DNA from: Vulcanimicrobiota bacterium
Lineage (GTDB): Bacteria > Vulcanimicrobiota > Vulcanimicrobiia > Eremiobacterales > Eremiobacteraceae
Reading direction: 5' to 3'
Assembly: GCA_013290125.1 (NCBI GenBank)
Contig: JABCYQ010000002.1
Coordinates: 128,909-192,908, forward strand
Length of the DNA: 64,000 bases
Shown here: positions 7,449 to 17,008 of the stretch, in pieces
Position numbering within the stretch: the first letter of the stretch is position 1
Layout of the letters: the number at the start of each line of letters is the position of its first letter
The notes under the pieces: model-generated
The model's input: the letters and a program-made list of their open reading frames with translations, nothing else
What the model was told of the DNA's origin: nothing
Databases searched by the model: none
Position numbers and translations under genes: made by a program

Positions 7449-9943
7449 TCGATTCGTTAGGCGAACATCTCGGCTCGCCGCTGATCGCGCAATACGCGAG
7501 CCTCAAAGCGCAGTATCCGGAAGCGCTGCTCCTCATGCGCGTGGGTGATTTCTACGAGGCGTACGGCGACGACGCCGAAGATCTCGCGCGAACCCTGCAT
7601 ATCATCTGCACGTCGAAGGAAGCCGGCAAGGCCGGCCGCGTCGCTATGGCCGGCGTGCCGCACCATAGCGTTGATTCGTACTTGCGCAGGCTCATCCGTA
7701 TGCGCCGCGTGGTCGCGATCGCGGATCAGATGGAAGCGCCGGACGGCAAGACGCTCGTCCGCCGCGAGATCGTTCGCGTCCTGACGCCGGGAACAGTGCT
7801 CGAAGACGCGTTCTTGACGCCGGAACGAGAGAACAATCTCTGCGCGGTCGCGCGCTTGCTCGGTGTCACGGCGATCGCGACGGCCGATGTGTCGACATGG
7901 TCGGCGGGCCTTACCGTGTTGAGCGACGACGACGCTGTGGCAGCCGAACTTGGCCGCATCGGCCCGTCGGAAGTCGTCGTGCCGGACGAAATCGACGCGC
8001 ACGAGATCACCCCGCTGGTCGGAGCCGAATGCCGCATCGCGATCTTCGCCGACGACGAAGCGCTGGAATCCGGTGCTCGCCCCGCAGGCCGGTGGCGGCT
8101 TGAGGCGCTTGCACGCGAAGAGCGCCCCGCAGCAGCAGCCGCGCTCGATCTCCTTAGCGGTTACCTGAGCCATCTTCGCCTGGACGGGCGAGCGATCGCG
8201 ACCGTCGCTGCCGAGCGCGCGACCGCCGCGACGCGCTTGATGGTCCTCGATCCCGCGACGCGCCGCCATTTGGATCTCGTCGCTTCTTCGGGAGAGAACG
8301 CGAACGCATCGCTGCTCACCGTCCTCGCGCGGACCAAGACGCCGATGGGAACGCGGCTACTGGCGCGCCGGTTGTGCGCGCCGTCGACCGATCCGGCCGA
8401 GATCCGCGGACGTCATGATCGCGTTAGCGCGCTCGTGTCAACGGTCGGCTTTCGGATCGCGCTGCAAAACGATCTCAACCGCGTCGGAGATATCGAGCGC
8501 CTCATCCAGAAAGTGCGCGCGCGCCGCGCCGGTCCCCGGGATGCGAGCGGCCTACGCGCCGGATTGCGCGCGATCGGCGACTTGGCGACCACTCTACGCG
8601 AAGCGGCGGATCCAGGCGTGCGCTCGTTCGCCGACGCCATCGCAGCCGGTGGGGCTCCCGCCGCTACTGCGGAGCTGCTCGACGCTGCCCTCCTCGAAGA
8701 CGTCGCGCCGACGCTGGCTGATGGCGGTGTGATCAGACCGTCGCACTCGCCGGCCCTTTCCGAGACAGTCGCGTTGCGCACGCGCAGTCGCGAACTCATC
8801 CTTGCCCTAGAAGAGCGCGTCAGGGCTTCGACCGGCATCAAGTCGCTGAAGATCAAACATACGCAGGCATTTGGCTACTACTACGAGATCTCGCGCGCGA
8901 ACGCCGAGAAGGCGCCGAACCACTTCATCCGCCGGCAGAGCCTCGTGAACGCGGAGCGATTCACGGACCCAGAACTCAAAGTCCTCGAAGCCGATATCTT
9001 GGGCGCTAAGTCAAGGCAGGTCGCACTCGAGCGTGAGATATTCGAAGAGCTGCTCGCCGAGATCGAACGGCGCGCCGACTCACTGTTGGATTGCGCACGC
9101 GCCGTAGCCGAGTTGGATTTCTTCTGTTCGCTTGCGCAGGTCGCGGGCGAACGCCGCTACGTGAGGCCCGACATCGTCGACGAGAGCGTCTTCCAGGTCG
9201 AAGGCGGCCGCCATCCGATCGTGGACGCGATCGGAGGCGTGGATTTCGTGCCGAACGATTGCAAGATGGACGGCGAGAAGCGCTTTCTGTTCATCACAGG
9301 TCCGAATATGGGAGGCAAATCCACATACCTCAGGCAGAACGCGCTGATCGCGATCCTGGCGCAAGCCGGCTCGTTCGTGCCCGCGACAAGCGCGCGTCTC
9401 GGTATCGTCGATCGATTGTTCACACGGATCGGCGCGGGCGACGACATCGCCGCGGGGCGCTCGACTTTCTACGTCGAGATGTCGGAGATGGCGGTCATCT
9501 TGCGGCGCTGCACCCCCCGAAGTCTGCTGTTGATCGACGAGGTGGGCCGCGGCACCGGCACTACCGACGGCCTTGCCATCGCGCAAGCGATCGGTGAGTA
9601 CCTCTTGGCACTCGGTACAGCGCTTCCCATGGTGTTATTCGCGACACACTTTCACGAACTGGTCGGTCTGGCGGCGCAATGGCCTTCGGTGGAAAATTTG
9701 CACGTTGTGGTCGCCGAGGGAGCAGATGGCCCCGTGTTCTCGCATCGCGTGCGTCACGGAGCGAGCAGTCGCTCGTACGGTATTGCCGTGGCTCACATGG
9801 CCGGCTTACCGCAAGAAGTCGTGGAACGGGCTCGCGAATTGGCCGATGAAATAGAGAGCAGGCCAGCCCACTCGACCGCGCGCGGAATCAACCTCCGCGA
9901 CCGCATTTTAGGCGAGGATCAGCTGCGTCTGAAGATCGACTAA
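7421..9943 (+). CDS. mutS: DNA mismatch repair protein MutS
   Basis: PLIAQYASLKAQYPEALLLMRVGDFYE N-terminus and Walker A GPNMGGKST. The start is uncertain: ATG 7421 overlaps miaB, and TTG 7445 would overlap the miaB stop as TTGA. Confidence 0.95.
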   Translation: MGSRGHGRLIDSLGEHLGSPLIAQYASLKAQYPEALLLMRVGDFYEAYGDDAEDLARTLHIICTSKEAGKAGRVAMAGVPHHSVDSYLRRLIRMRRVVAIADQMEAPDGKTLVRREIVRVLTPGTVLEDAFLTPERENNLCAVARLLGVTAIATADVSTWSAGLTVLSDDDAVAAELGRIGPSEVVVPDEIDAHEITPLVGAECRIAIFADDEALESGARPAGRWRLEALAREERPAAAAALDLLSGYLSHLRLDGRAIATVAAERATAATRLMVLDPATRRHLDLVASSGENANASLLTVLARTKTPMGTRLLARRLCAPSTDPAEIRGRHDRVSALVSTVGFRIALQNDLNRVGDIERLIQKVRARRAGPRDASGLRAGLRAIGDLATTLREAADPGVRSFADAIAAGGAPAATAELLDAALLEDVAPTLADGGVIRPSHSPALSETVALRTRSRELILALEERVRASTGIKSLKIKHTQAFGYYYEISRANAEKAPNHFIRRQSLVNAERFTDPELKVLEADILGAKSRQVALEREIFEELLAEIERRADSLLDCARAVAELDFFCSLAQVAGERRYVRPDIVDESVFQVEGGRHPIVDAIGGVDFVPNDCKMDGEKRFLFITGPNMGGKSTYLRQNALIAILAQAGSFVPATSARLGIVDRLFTRIGAGDDIAAGRSTFYVEMSEMAVILRRCTPRSLLLIDEVGRGTGTTDGLAIAQAIGEYLLALGTALPMVLFATHFHELVGLAAQWPSVENLHVVVAEGADGPVFSHRVRHGASSRSYGIAVAHMAGLPQEVVERARELADEIESRPAHSTARGINLRDRILGEDQLRLKID

Positions 9944-9960
9944 AGGCGGATCGACCGGCA

Positions 9961-11526
9961 TTGGCGTTGCGCGCGCAGACGAGCCCGCGGGCTTTGACAT
10001 ATTCGATGGTGGTAGCGGGCGTCCGCGTTCTTGCGGTCGTCCAGGCTGTCATCTTGCCGTTCATCTCGCCGTTGGATCTGCGCGTCGCCGCGGGTCTTGT
10101 CGCGTATTGCGTCGTGGCCGCATTTATCGCGGTGCCGTTTAGCGAAACACCCGCCGATTCGTCTGCCGTCTTCTCGTCGCCGCGTTTCTGGATCGTCACG
10201 GTGCTCGACGTCGCCGCGGCAGCCGCCGTCGGCTGGTACTCCGGTTTCAGTCTGTTGATCGTGGTCGCGGCTTTGGATGCTGCGGCGTTGCCGCTTGTCG
10301 GCGCCGTCATCGTCCTGCTCGTCGCAGCGATCGCATACGGCTTGGCCGACGGACTTGCCCACGTGGATTCCGATCTCGTGCAGATCGCAGGTATGAATCT
10401 GCTGTTCGCGAGCACCGCGTACGCCGGCGCCGGCTTCGGGCTTCACGCCGTGCGAAAAGCGGAGCGCCAGATGCGCGCGATCAACCGCGTGCTTGAAGCC
10501 GGGTCGGATATGGGCATGAAGCTGGCGCTGCCGGAAGTGCTCGCACAGCTCGTCAACATGCTCAAGCAATTCCAGGAATCGGTCCCATGGCAGACTGTCG
10601 TCGTCTACATCGCATCGTACGATCCGGTCGCGAAAGAAGATCTGTTGCGCGCCGAGGCGCTCGCGGGCGCGAACGGCGATTTTTACCGCGGAGCGATGCT
10701 CCACTTCGGCGAGGGCGTGGTCGGTCACGCGGCGATGGAGCAGCGGCCGATCATCGTGGCGGATCTGCAGAAGGAGCCGCGCGAAGTGCTGGTCCCCAAA
10801 CCGAAAGCGGCGCACGGTTTCATGGCTGTGCCGATCGTGAGCGAAGGACAGACGATCGGATGCGTTTCGTTCATCGCGCTTCGCACCAGCGCGTACACGT
10901 TCGAACAGCAGAAATTGGTCGATCGGCTTATCAGGCTCGCGTCGGTCGGCATCCAAAACGCGCGATTGCATGAGAAGACGGTCGAACTGGCTGAGACCGA
11001 TTCGATGACGGGACTCCTGACCAATCGTGCATATCAGGAGCGGCTCGAGGCGGAGTTCCGCAAGGCACAGGCGGGTAGACAATCGCTTTCGCTTTTGATC
11101 CTCGACGTGGACTATTTCAAGCGCATCAACGACACGTATGGCCACCCGCAGGGCGACGAACTGCTTCGGCAGCTGGGCGACGTGTTGCGCCAACACGCGC
11201 GCAAGGCCGACATCTGCTGCCGCTACGGCGGCGACGAGTTCACGATCGTGATGCCTGAAACCATCAAGGCAGAGGCTGCGATGGTAGCCGGGCGCATTCG
11301 CCAAGCGATCGAGTCGGCGACCTTCACATTAGATGGCAACGCAGCTAACGTGACGATCTCGATCGGTGTAGCCGGCTATCCGCAAGATGTGAGCCAGAAA
11401 GTCGCGCTCGTCGCCGCGGCCGACAAAGCGCTGTACGCCGCAAAGCACGCTGGGCGAAACAACATCCAGATGGCGAGCCCTTCGCAAGTCATGGCACGCG
11501 AACCGGAACTCCGCAAACCGTTTTAG
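9961..11526 (+). CDS. membrane-anchored GAF domain diguanylate cyclase (GGDEF)
   Basis: N-terminal hydrophobic helices, a central GAF-like region, and a C-terminal GGDEF domain with RYGGDEFTIV. TTG start in the track. Confidence 0.85.
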   Translation: MALRAQTSPRALTYSMVVAGVRVLAVVQAVILPFISPLDLRVAAGLVAYCVVAAFIAVPFSETPADSSAVFSSPRFWIVTVLDVAAAAAVGWYSGFSLLIVVAALDAAALPLVGAVIVLLVAAIAYGLADGLAHVDSDLVQIAGMNLLFASTAYAGAGFGLHAVRKAERQMRAINRVLEAGSDMGMKLALPEVLAQLVNMLKQFQESVPWQTVVVYIASYDPVAKEDLLRAEALAGANGDFYRGAMLHFGEGVVGHAAMEQRPIIVADLQKEPREVLVPKPKAAHGFMAVPIVSEGQTIGCVSFIALRTSAYTFEQQKLVDRLIRLASVGIQNARLHEKTVELAETDSMTGLLTNRAYQERLEAEFRKAQAGRQSLSLLILDVDYFKRINDTYGHPQGDELLRQLGDVLRQHARKADICCRYGGDEFTIVMPETIKAEAAMVAGRIRQAIESATFTLDGNAANVTISIGVAGYPQDVSQKVALVAAADKALYAAKHAGRNNIQMASPSQVMAREPELRKPF

Positions 11527-11642
11527 ATTTCGTTCCGTTCTTGTCTGAAGGCGTTAGGACTCGGGCTCGTCCAGACTGATACCCCAGCGCAGACGATAGG
11601 ATCCGATCGTGACGACGAAATGAAATCCAAGATGCTCCACGA

Positions 11643-12386
11643 TCATGCCTCCAGACGGCGCCACTGGGCCAGCGCCGCGGCATAGCCGACAACAGCGAGT
11701 GCGCCGAGCCCGGCAAGACCTGCGACCATGCTCCGGACCATTGTCGTGTTATGACCCTGATCGTCGAAGCTCAGTTGGAAGTAATACATCGGGTTGATCT
11801 TATCCAAGGCCGCGATGATGAATCCGAAAACGCCGCCAAGGACATGATTCTGATCCAGACCGACGACGAGACCCCCGGCGATCCACAATGATGCGGCCAC
11901 CGCGCCGGCGCGTCCGCGCATGCTTGCGGTCGCGGCACGCGTCAAGCCGTACCAAGCCAGGGGTACGAGGAGCGCGCGCAATACGAAATCTATCGTCGAC
12001 GAGTCGGCCTGGACGTAACCGATGATCCCGATGATCGTAAGCAGGCTGAACCCAAATGCCAGGCCCAACGCGAAGGCCACGTAGATGGCACCCAGATCAA
12101 CGAGCGACATCAACCCCGCAAGCTGGGCCCTTGACGCGGGTTTCGTCCACGCAAGAGCGAGATGTCCGCTGTTCTCGTGGGCAAGTCCGCAGGCAAGAAT
12201 CGTCGCGACGATGCTGGCGACGAGCGCGCCGACTGCCGAAATTACCTCGATCGGGATGAACGTGTGTGGGTGATGCGACGGGCCGCTCTCAAGGCGCGCC
12301 CATAGTACGATAGCGAGCCCAAGGGCTAGCCAAGCAGCGGTCCAGTAGATGATCTTTCGCGCGCGCAGAAACTCAACGTAGTACAT
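11643..12386 (-). CDS. ABC-2-type transporter membrane protein (uncharacterised)
   Basis: Polytopic hydrophobic protein. Its ATG at 12386 sits 1 nt after the stop of the upstream ABC ATPase gene. Confidence 0.5.
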   Translation of the reverse strand: MYYVEFLRARKIIYWTAAWLALGLAIVLWARLESGPSHHPHTFIPIEVISAVGALVASIVATILACGLAHENSGHLALAWTKPASRAQLAGLMSLVDLGAIYVAFALGLAFGFSLLTIIGIIGYVQADSSTIDFVLRALLVPLAWYGLTRAATASMRGRAGAVAASLWIAGGLVVGLDQNHVLGGVFGFIIAALDKINPMYYFQLSFDDQGHNTTMVRSMVAGLAGLGALAVVGYAAALAQWRRLEA

Positions 12387-12387
12387 A

Positions 12388-13311
12388 TCAGCCCTCCAAC
12401 GCGGTCGCGCGAGCGACCGACTCACCGTCGCCGGCCGCGACGGCGTTCAAAAAGATATCTTCGAGGTTTTGATCGAGCACGCGCAGGCTCTTCGGTCGCA
12501 GCGCGGAGATCCGGTTTGCGACGGACGTGCTGTCGCCGCGCACAAACGCTCGCAGCAGACGGCCGGCGCGCACGATGCGTCGCACGGAGGCGTCCGAGGC
12601 TAGGCCGTTGACGCTCGGCGCGTCATCGTCGAAGGTGGCTTCGACAACTTTCTCGTCGGCTTTTAACCGGTCGACTTCGCCGTCTAGTACTTTGATGCCG
12701 CGATGGATGATAGCGACTCGATCTGCCGCGCGCTCGACTTGTCCGATCTGATGCGAGGAGAAGACGATCGTCGCACCGCCGGCGGCTTCGCCGATGAGCA
12801 GATCGAGCACATTGCGTTGATTGACGGGGTCGAGTCCGCTCGCCGGTTCGTCGAGCACGAGAAACTCCGGGCGCGTCGCGAGCGCCAGCGTCAGCGCGAC
12901 CGCCGACTGCTGGCCCTTCGAAAGTTTGCCGACGCGCTTTTTCGGATCGAGGCTGAACAACGAGATGAGGTGAGCAGCGCGCGACGCATCGTATCGTTTG
13001 TACGATCTGCGCGTCAATTCAAGGTGATCCGAAAGGCGGAGATCGCCGTACAGCTCCGGGCGTTCCGGAACGTAGGTCAACCGTTCGAACAGCGCCGGCG
13101 TGAGCGGTGCGCCTTCGAACTCGGTCGTTCCCGAATCCGCGCGTGCCAGTCCGAGCATACACTTGAAGGCTGTCGTCTTGCCCGCGCCGTTGGTTCCGAG
13201 CAGTCCGAATATCGAGCCGATCGGTACCTCTATGGAAAAATTGTCGAGTGCGAGCGTGTCGCCGAAGCGCTTGGTCATGCCGCGGACGGAAATCGCGAGT
13301 TGCGTCGTCAT
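12388..13311 (-). CDS. ABC transporter ATP-binding protein
   Basis: Walker A GTNGAGKTT, signature LSKGQQ, Walker B FLVLDEP. ATG at 13311 (MTTQLAISVRGMTKRFG); the longer track ORF is rejected. Confidence 0.9.
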   Translation of the reverse strand: MTTQLAISVRGMTKRFGDTLALDNFSIEVPIGSIFGLLGTNGAGKTTAFKCMLGLARADSGTTEFEGAPLTPALFERLTYVPERPELYGDLRLSDHLELTRRSYKRYDASRAAHLISLFSLDPKKRVGKLSKGQQSAVALTLALATRPEFLVLDEPASGLDPVNQRNVLDLLIGEAAGGATIVFSSHQIGQVERAADRVAIIHRGIKVLDGEVDRLKADEKVVEATFDDDAPSVNGLASDASVRRIVRAGRLLRAFVRGDSTSVANRISALRPKSLRVLDQNLEDIFLNAVAAGDGESVARATALEG

Positions 13312-13315
13312 GTGA

Positions 13316-13729
13316 CTACGATGCCTCCAGTTCGCCGTTGGGCGGGTACCATCGATCGAGTGCCCTTGAGATGAGTTCGGATGCGTCGTCGCGTGAGAGA
13401 CCGACCGATCTGACTTCGCGCAACGCGCCGTCCAACGCAGACGATGCGACGTCGTGCACCGCGCGGTTCGCAAGCACTTGCGTGCCGTCGCCGCGCACGA
13501 ACGACCCTCTGCCGGGGCTCGTCTCGATCACGCCGTCACGCTCGAGCTCTCTGTAGGAGCGAGCGACGGTGTTCGGATTCACGATGAGCGTCGTCGCCAG
13601 CTGTTTGACGGTCGGCAACTGCTCGCCCGGGACCAGCATGCGCAGTGCGATCGAGCGCTTGATCTGGTCCATGATCTGCAGGTAGATCGGCACACCACTG
13701 TGATGGTCGATCGTGAAAATCGCGGTCAT
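13316..13729 (-). CDS. GntR family transcriptional regulator, YtrA-like short subfamily
   Basis: 137 aa. PIYLQIMDQIKRSIALRMLVPGEQLPTVKQLATTLIVNPNTVARSYRELERDGVIETSPGRGSFV is a GntR wHTH with a short C-terminal tail. It is encoded just upstream of the ABC ATPase. Confidence 0.85.
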   Translation of the reverse strand: MTAIFTIDHHSGVPIYLQIMDQIKRSIALRMLVPGEQLPTVKQLATTLIVNPNTVARSYRELERDGVIETSPGRGSFVRGDGTQVLANRAVHDVASSALDGALREVRSVGLSRDDASELISRALDRWYPPNGELEAS

Positions 13730-13734
13730 GATGG

Positions 13735-13845
13735 TTACAGCTTCGGGCCCCATCCGGCGAAGAATCCGCCGCTGATCGGCTGACCGAAAATCGTGTTCAC
13801 AGGTGTCTCGGCGTCGCGGCGTTCGTTTGTGTAAATGCGGATCAT
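13735..13845 (-). CDS. putative 36-aa leader/small protein upstream of the YtrA-like regulator
   Basis: ATG at 13845 is preceded by GGGGAGGG plus a 5-nt spacer. It encodes MIRIYTNERRDAETPVNTIFGQPISGGFFAGWGPKL. Its TAA is followed after 5 nt by the GntR ATG. It is too short for the ORF track. Confidence 0.35.
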   Translation of the reverse strand: MIRIYTNERRDAETPVNTIFGQPISGGFFAGWGPKL

Positions 13846-13885
13846 GGTGGCCCTCCCCTTTGGTCGACGCACTAATGTGCTGTCG

Positions 13886-13928
13886 TACTAAATTACTAGT
13901 ATAATACCATAAGTGTTTCGCTTTACAA
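13886..13928 (-). promoter_or_regulatory. putative sigma70-type promoter plus inverted-repeat operator of the small-ORF/GntR/ABC operon
   Basis: On the minus strand: TTGTAA (13928-13923), a 16-nt spacer, then TATTAT (13906-13901). Inverted repeat TACTA-N6-TAGTA (13886-13901) abuts the -10 in an AT-rich island. Confidence 0.35.
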
Positions 13929-13985
13929 GCCCAGTTTGTCCCGTATAAAGGAATTATCACGGCTGTTTCGGCAACCCTACGCTCG

Positions 13986-15704
13986 ATGCAAGTCACGCGC
14001 TCTATCAAAGTCTTGGATGAAGCCACGATCGGGCAGATCGCAGCCGGCGAGGTCATCGAGCGGCCTGTCTCGGTCGTAAAAGAACTCGTCGAAAACAGCC
14101 TGGATGCCGGCGCAAAGACCGTCATCGTCGACGTGAGCGGCGGCGGCTGCGACAGCATCGCCGTCTCGGACGACGGCATTGGGATCGGCGCCGACGAGCT
14201 CGTCCTCGCCGTGACGCGCCACGCGACGAGCAAGTTGCAGCGGCGCGACGATCTCTTCGCGATCCACACGCTCGGTTTCCGCGGCGAGGGTCTCGCGAGC
14301 ATCGCGGCAGCAGGCCGGCTCGAGATCACATCGCGGCGCGCAAACGCCGATGTCGGCGCGCGCGTCATCGCCGAAGCGACGATGATCTCCGATCCAAGTC
14401 CGGCATCGGCATCACCGGGCACAAAAGTCGTGGTGAGGGATCTTTTCGCTCTCGTGCCGGCGCGACGCGAATTCCTCAAAAGCGCGCGCGCCGAATTCGC
14501 CCGCATCAGCGCGTTTCTTTCGCAGTTGAGTTTAGGTTGGCCCGACGCCACCTTCGTGCTGCGCAACGAAGGTCGCGAGACTTGGGTGCTGCCCGCAACC
14601 GCGCACGCGGTCGATCGATTGGAGAATGTCTTCGGCCGCGAGTCGCGCGGCGCGCTCGCCGCTCTCGACGAAGACGAAGGCGTTGCCCGAGAAAAGGTCA
14701 GCGGCTTTATCAGCACGCCCGGGCACGATCGGCCGACGAGAAATCAGCAAGTCTTCTTCGTGAACGGGCGCCTGATCCGATCGAGCACGCTCGGGGCGGC
14801 GTGGCTCGCCGGAGCCGGCACATTCGGAATGGGCGGTCGGTACCCGTATGGTGTCATCCGCATCGATGTGCCGCCCGAAGACGTGGACGTCAACGTGCAT
14901 CCGACGAAAATCGATGTGCGGTTCCGTTTCGGAAAAGCGGTATTCGACGCGGTGCGCCGCGCGGTTGCGCGAACGATGCGGCGCAGCGCTCCCGAGCGCG
15001 CCGCGCCGGCTCCCGTTCTTTCGGCGCTCGGCATCGACGACGAAGCGGCATCAAGCGATTTCGTCGAGACGACCGACGGTGGCATCGGCGCGCACGCTGA
15101 AAGCGCGACGCCGGACGCTGCGCTGTTGTTCAACGGACCCGGTCCTCTGCGCGTGTTCGGTCAGATCGACAACACGTATATCGCTGCCAGCGACGGCGCG
15201 AGCCTCATCCTCATCGATCAGCACGCGGCGCACGAACGGATCGCATATGAAGCGCTCGTCGCCGGCGGCGCCGCGCCCGACCCAACCGCGCCGATGCTTT
15301 TCCCCGCTGTAGTCGAACTGACACCAGATCGAATCGCTGTACTGCACGAGCACCAGGACGACTTGGCCGCCGCCGGTGTCATCGTTGAATCGTTCGGCGA
15401 CGATGCTTACCGCATTTTTGCATTGCCCGCCGGGTTCACGCATCGCCGCTTCGACCTAGCCGGTGTCCTCGACGACTTAACCGACGACGTGAGCGGGCGA
15501 GAAGGCGATCGGCGCCTGAAGCTCTTCGCATCGATCGCCTGTCATTCTGTCGTGCGCGCCCACGAACCGCTTGCGCTTCAGGAACAAGCCGTGCTTTGGG
15601 AACGGCTGCGCGCATGCCGCGAACCGCACACGTGCCCACATGGGAGACCGACGACGATACGACTCGACGTCGCAACGCTTGCAAAGGCCTTCAAACGATC
15701 GTGA
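13986..15704 (+). CDS. mutL: DNA mismatch repair protein MutL
   Basis: GQIAAGEVIERPVSVVKELVENSLDAGA GHKL ATPase N-terminus and a MutL C-terminal dimerisation domain. Confidence 0.95.
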   Translation: MQVTRSIKVLDEATIGQIAAGEVIERPVSVVKELVENSLDAGAKTVIVDVSGGGCDSIAVSDDGIGIGADELVLAVTRHATSKLQRRDDLFAIHTLGFRGEGLASIAAAGRLEITSRRANADVGARVIAEATMISDPSPASASPGTKVVVRDLFALVPARREFLKSARAEFARISAFLSQLSLGWPDATFVLRNEGRETWVLPATAHAVDRLENVFGRESRGALAALDEDEGVAREKVSGFISTPGHDRPTRNQQVFFVNGRLIRSSTLGAAWLAGAGTFGMGGRYPYGVIRIDVPPEDVDVNVHPTKIDVRFRFGKAVFDAVRRAVARTMRRSAPERAAPAPVLSALGIDDEAASSDFVETTDGGIGAHAESATPDAALLFNGPGPLRVFGQIDNTYIAASDGASLILIDQHAAHERIAYEALVAGGAAPDPTAPMLFPAVVELTPDRIAVLHEHQDDLAAAGVIVESFGDDAYRIFALPAGFTHRRFDLAGVLDDLTDDVSGREGDRRLKLFASIACHSVVRAHEPLALQEQAVLWERLRACREPHTCPHGRPTTIRLDVATLAKAFKRS

Positions 15705-16633
15705 CCGGCGTCGAGCGGATCGCAGCGCTTTGCATCTGCGGTCCGACGTCGGCCGGTAAGTCCGATTGCGCGCTTGCCGCCGCCATTGCTGTGGACGGCG
15801 AGATCGTGAACGCCGATTCTCGTCAGATATACCAGGGCATGCGCATCGGCACTGGATGGCCGTCCGACGACGCGATGCGGAGAGTACCGCACCATTTGTA
15901 CGGAATCGTGACGCCCGCCGAGCGTTACAGCGCCGGCCGATTCGTTGACGACGCGGGATCGGCCATTCGTTCTATCGCGCGTCGCGGCAAATTGCCTATC
16001 CTTGTGGGCGGCACCGGATTGTACATCGAAGCGCTCAACGGATCGATGCCGATGGACCGCCCGACCGGCGACGAGAACGTGCGGCTGCGAGTGCGGGCGG
16101 AATCACGGATCCATCCGCACGACGTTCTTTGCGATTGGCTGACCGCGATCGATTCGAGCGCCGCGGCGCGCGTCGGGCGCAACGATCGCTACCGAACGTT
16201 GCGTGCGCTCGAAGCTGCGCTCGCGAAACGACAAAGCTCGGACGATCCGAATCGACAGAACGCCGACGACATTCGTCTTGACATCATCGTGCTTTCCGTC
16301 TCGCGCGACGAGCTTCGCCGCCGGATCCGCGAACGCGTCGAAACGATGATCGCCGCGGGCCTAGTCGCCGAAGCGCTGGCTGTTCGCGCGCGTTGGCCGG
16401 ATTCGCCCGCGCTCACCGGCATCGGCTTCGCCGAAGCGCTCGCGTTTGCCGACGGCGAAACGACATCGCGGGAACTTTTCGCGCGCGTCGTCCAACGCAC
16501 GACGCAATACGCATCGCGCCAGGCGACATGGTTTCGACGCATGCGCGACGCGCGCGTGATCGAAGCGGATGACGTCTCGCACGCGGCGCTTGCTGCGGCC
16601 GCGGCGGCAAGGGAAACGCGGCGAACGGCGTGA
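15701..16633 (+). CDS. miaA: tRNA dimethylallyltransferase MiaA
   Basis: GTG at 15701 overlaps the mutL stop (GTGA). P-loop CGPTSAGKS and NADSRQIYQGMRIGT. Confidence 0.9.
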   Translation: MTGVERIAALCICGPTSAGKSDCALAAAIAVDGEIVNADSRQIYQGMRIGTGWPSDDAMRRVPHHLYGIVTPAERYSAGRFVDDAGSAIRSIARRGKLPILVGGTGLYIEALNGSMPMDRPTGDENVRLRVRAESRIHPHDVLCDWLTAIDSSAAARVGRNDRYRTLRALEAALAKRQSSDDPNRQNADDIRLDIIVLSVSRDELRRRIRERVETMIAAGLVAEALAVRARWPDSPALTGIGFAEALAFADGETTSRELFARVVQRTTQYASRQATWFRRMRDARVIEADDVSHAALAAAAAARETRRTA

Positions 16634-16685
16634 ACAGTTGGTACCCCTGCAGCCCTTGGCGCAGGCGGGATTCTCGTTCCTGGAG

Positions 16686-16991
16686 ATGGCTTTGAAATCG
16701 AATCTCCCCCTGCAAGACGCGTACTTGCTCGCGATAAAGAGAGAAAACGCGCTCGTCACGATCTACTTGCGCAACGGATTCCAGTTGCGCGGTCACGTGC
16801 GTGGGTTTGACAATTTCACGATCATCCTCGAGTACGATAACAAACCGCACCTCGTCTATAAACACGCTGTGTCCACCGTCTCGCCGCAGGGAGCCGTCAC
16901 GTTCAGCGGCGCAGACGTCGGCGGCGCGCCCGCGCGCGCGGCCGAGTCCGTAGCGTCGGCCGAACCAGCTACGAACGCGGCCCCGCACTAA
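16686..16991 (+). CDS. hfq: RNA chaperone Hfq
   Basis: Sm fold sequence LQDAYLLAIKRENALVTIYLRNGFQLRGHVRGFDNFTIILEYDNKPHLVYKHAVSTV. Conserved mutL-miaA-hfq order. Confidence 0.9.
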   Translation: MALKSNLPLQDAYLLAIKRENALVTIYLRNGFQLRGHVRGFDNFTIILEYDNKPHLVYKHAVSTVSPQGAVTFSGADVGGAPARAAESVASAEPATNAAPH

Positions 16992-17008
16992 CCATCAGCA
17001 AGACCGAA

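Noticed and set aside
11541-11556. TTGTCTGAAGGCG as a seventh, decayed copy of the repeat family
   Set aside because: Only about 10 nt resemble the TTGTCTGAAGGGG lead-in of locus 6. There is no GGCCGAC stem or partner arm, so it could be chance.
13735-13845. The small ORF as a lasso-peptide or other RiPP precursor
   Set aside because: No maturation enzymes (lasso cyclase/protease, YcaO, radical SAM, LanM-type) are adjacent. The putative core lacks the acidic ring-closing residue, and the Thr is not at the -2 position relative to a Gly.
13316-14716. 466-aa minus-strand ORF spanning the GntR gene and running antisense to mutL
   Set aside because: Only the last 137 codons form a GntR wHTH protein. 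The upstream part crosses the AT-rich promoter region and is antisense to the conserved mutL N-terminus.
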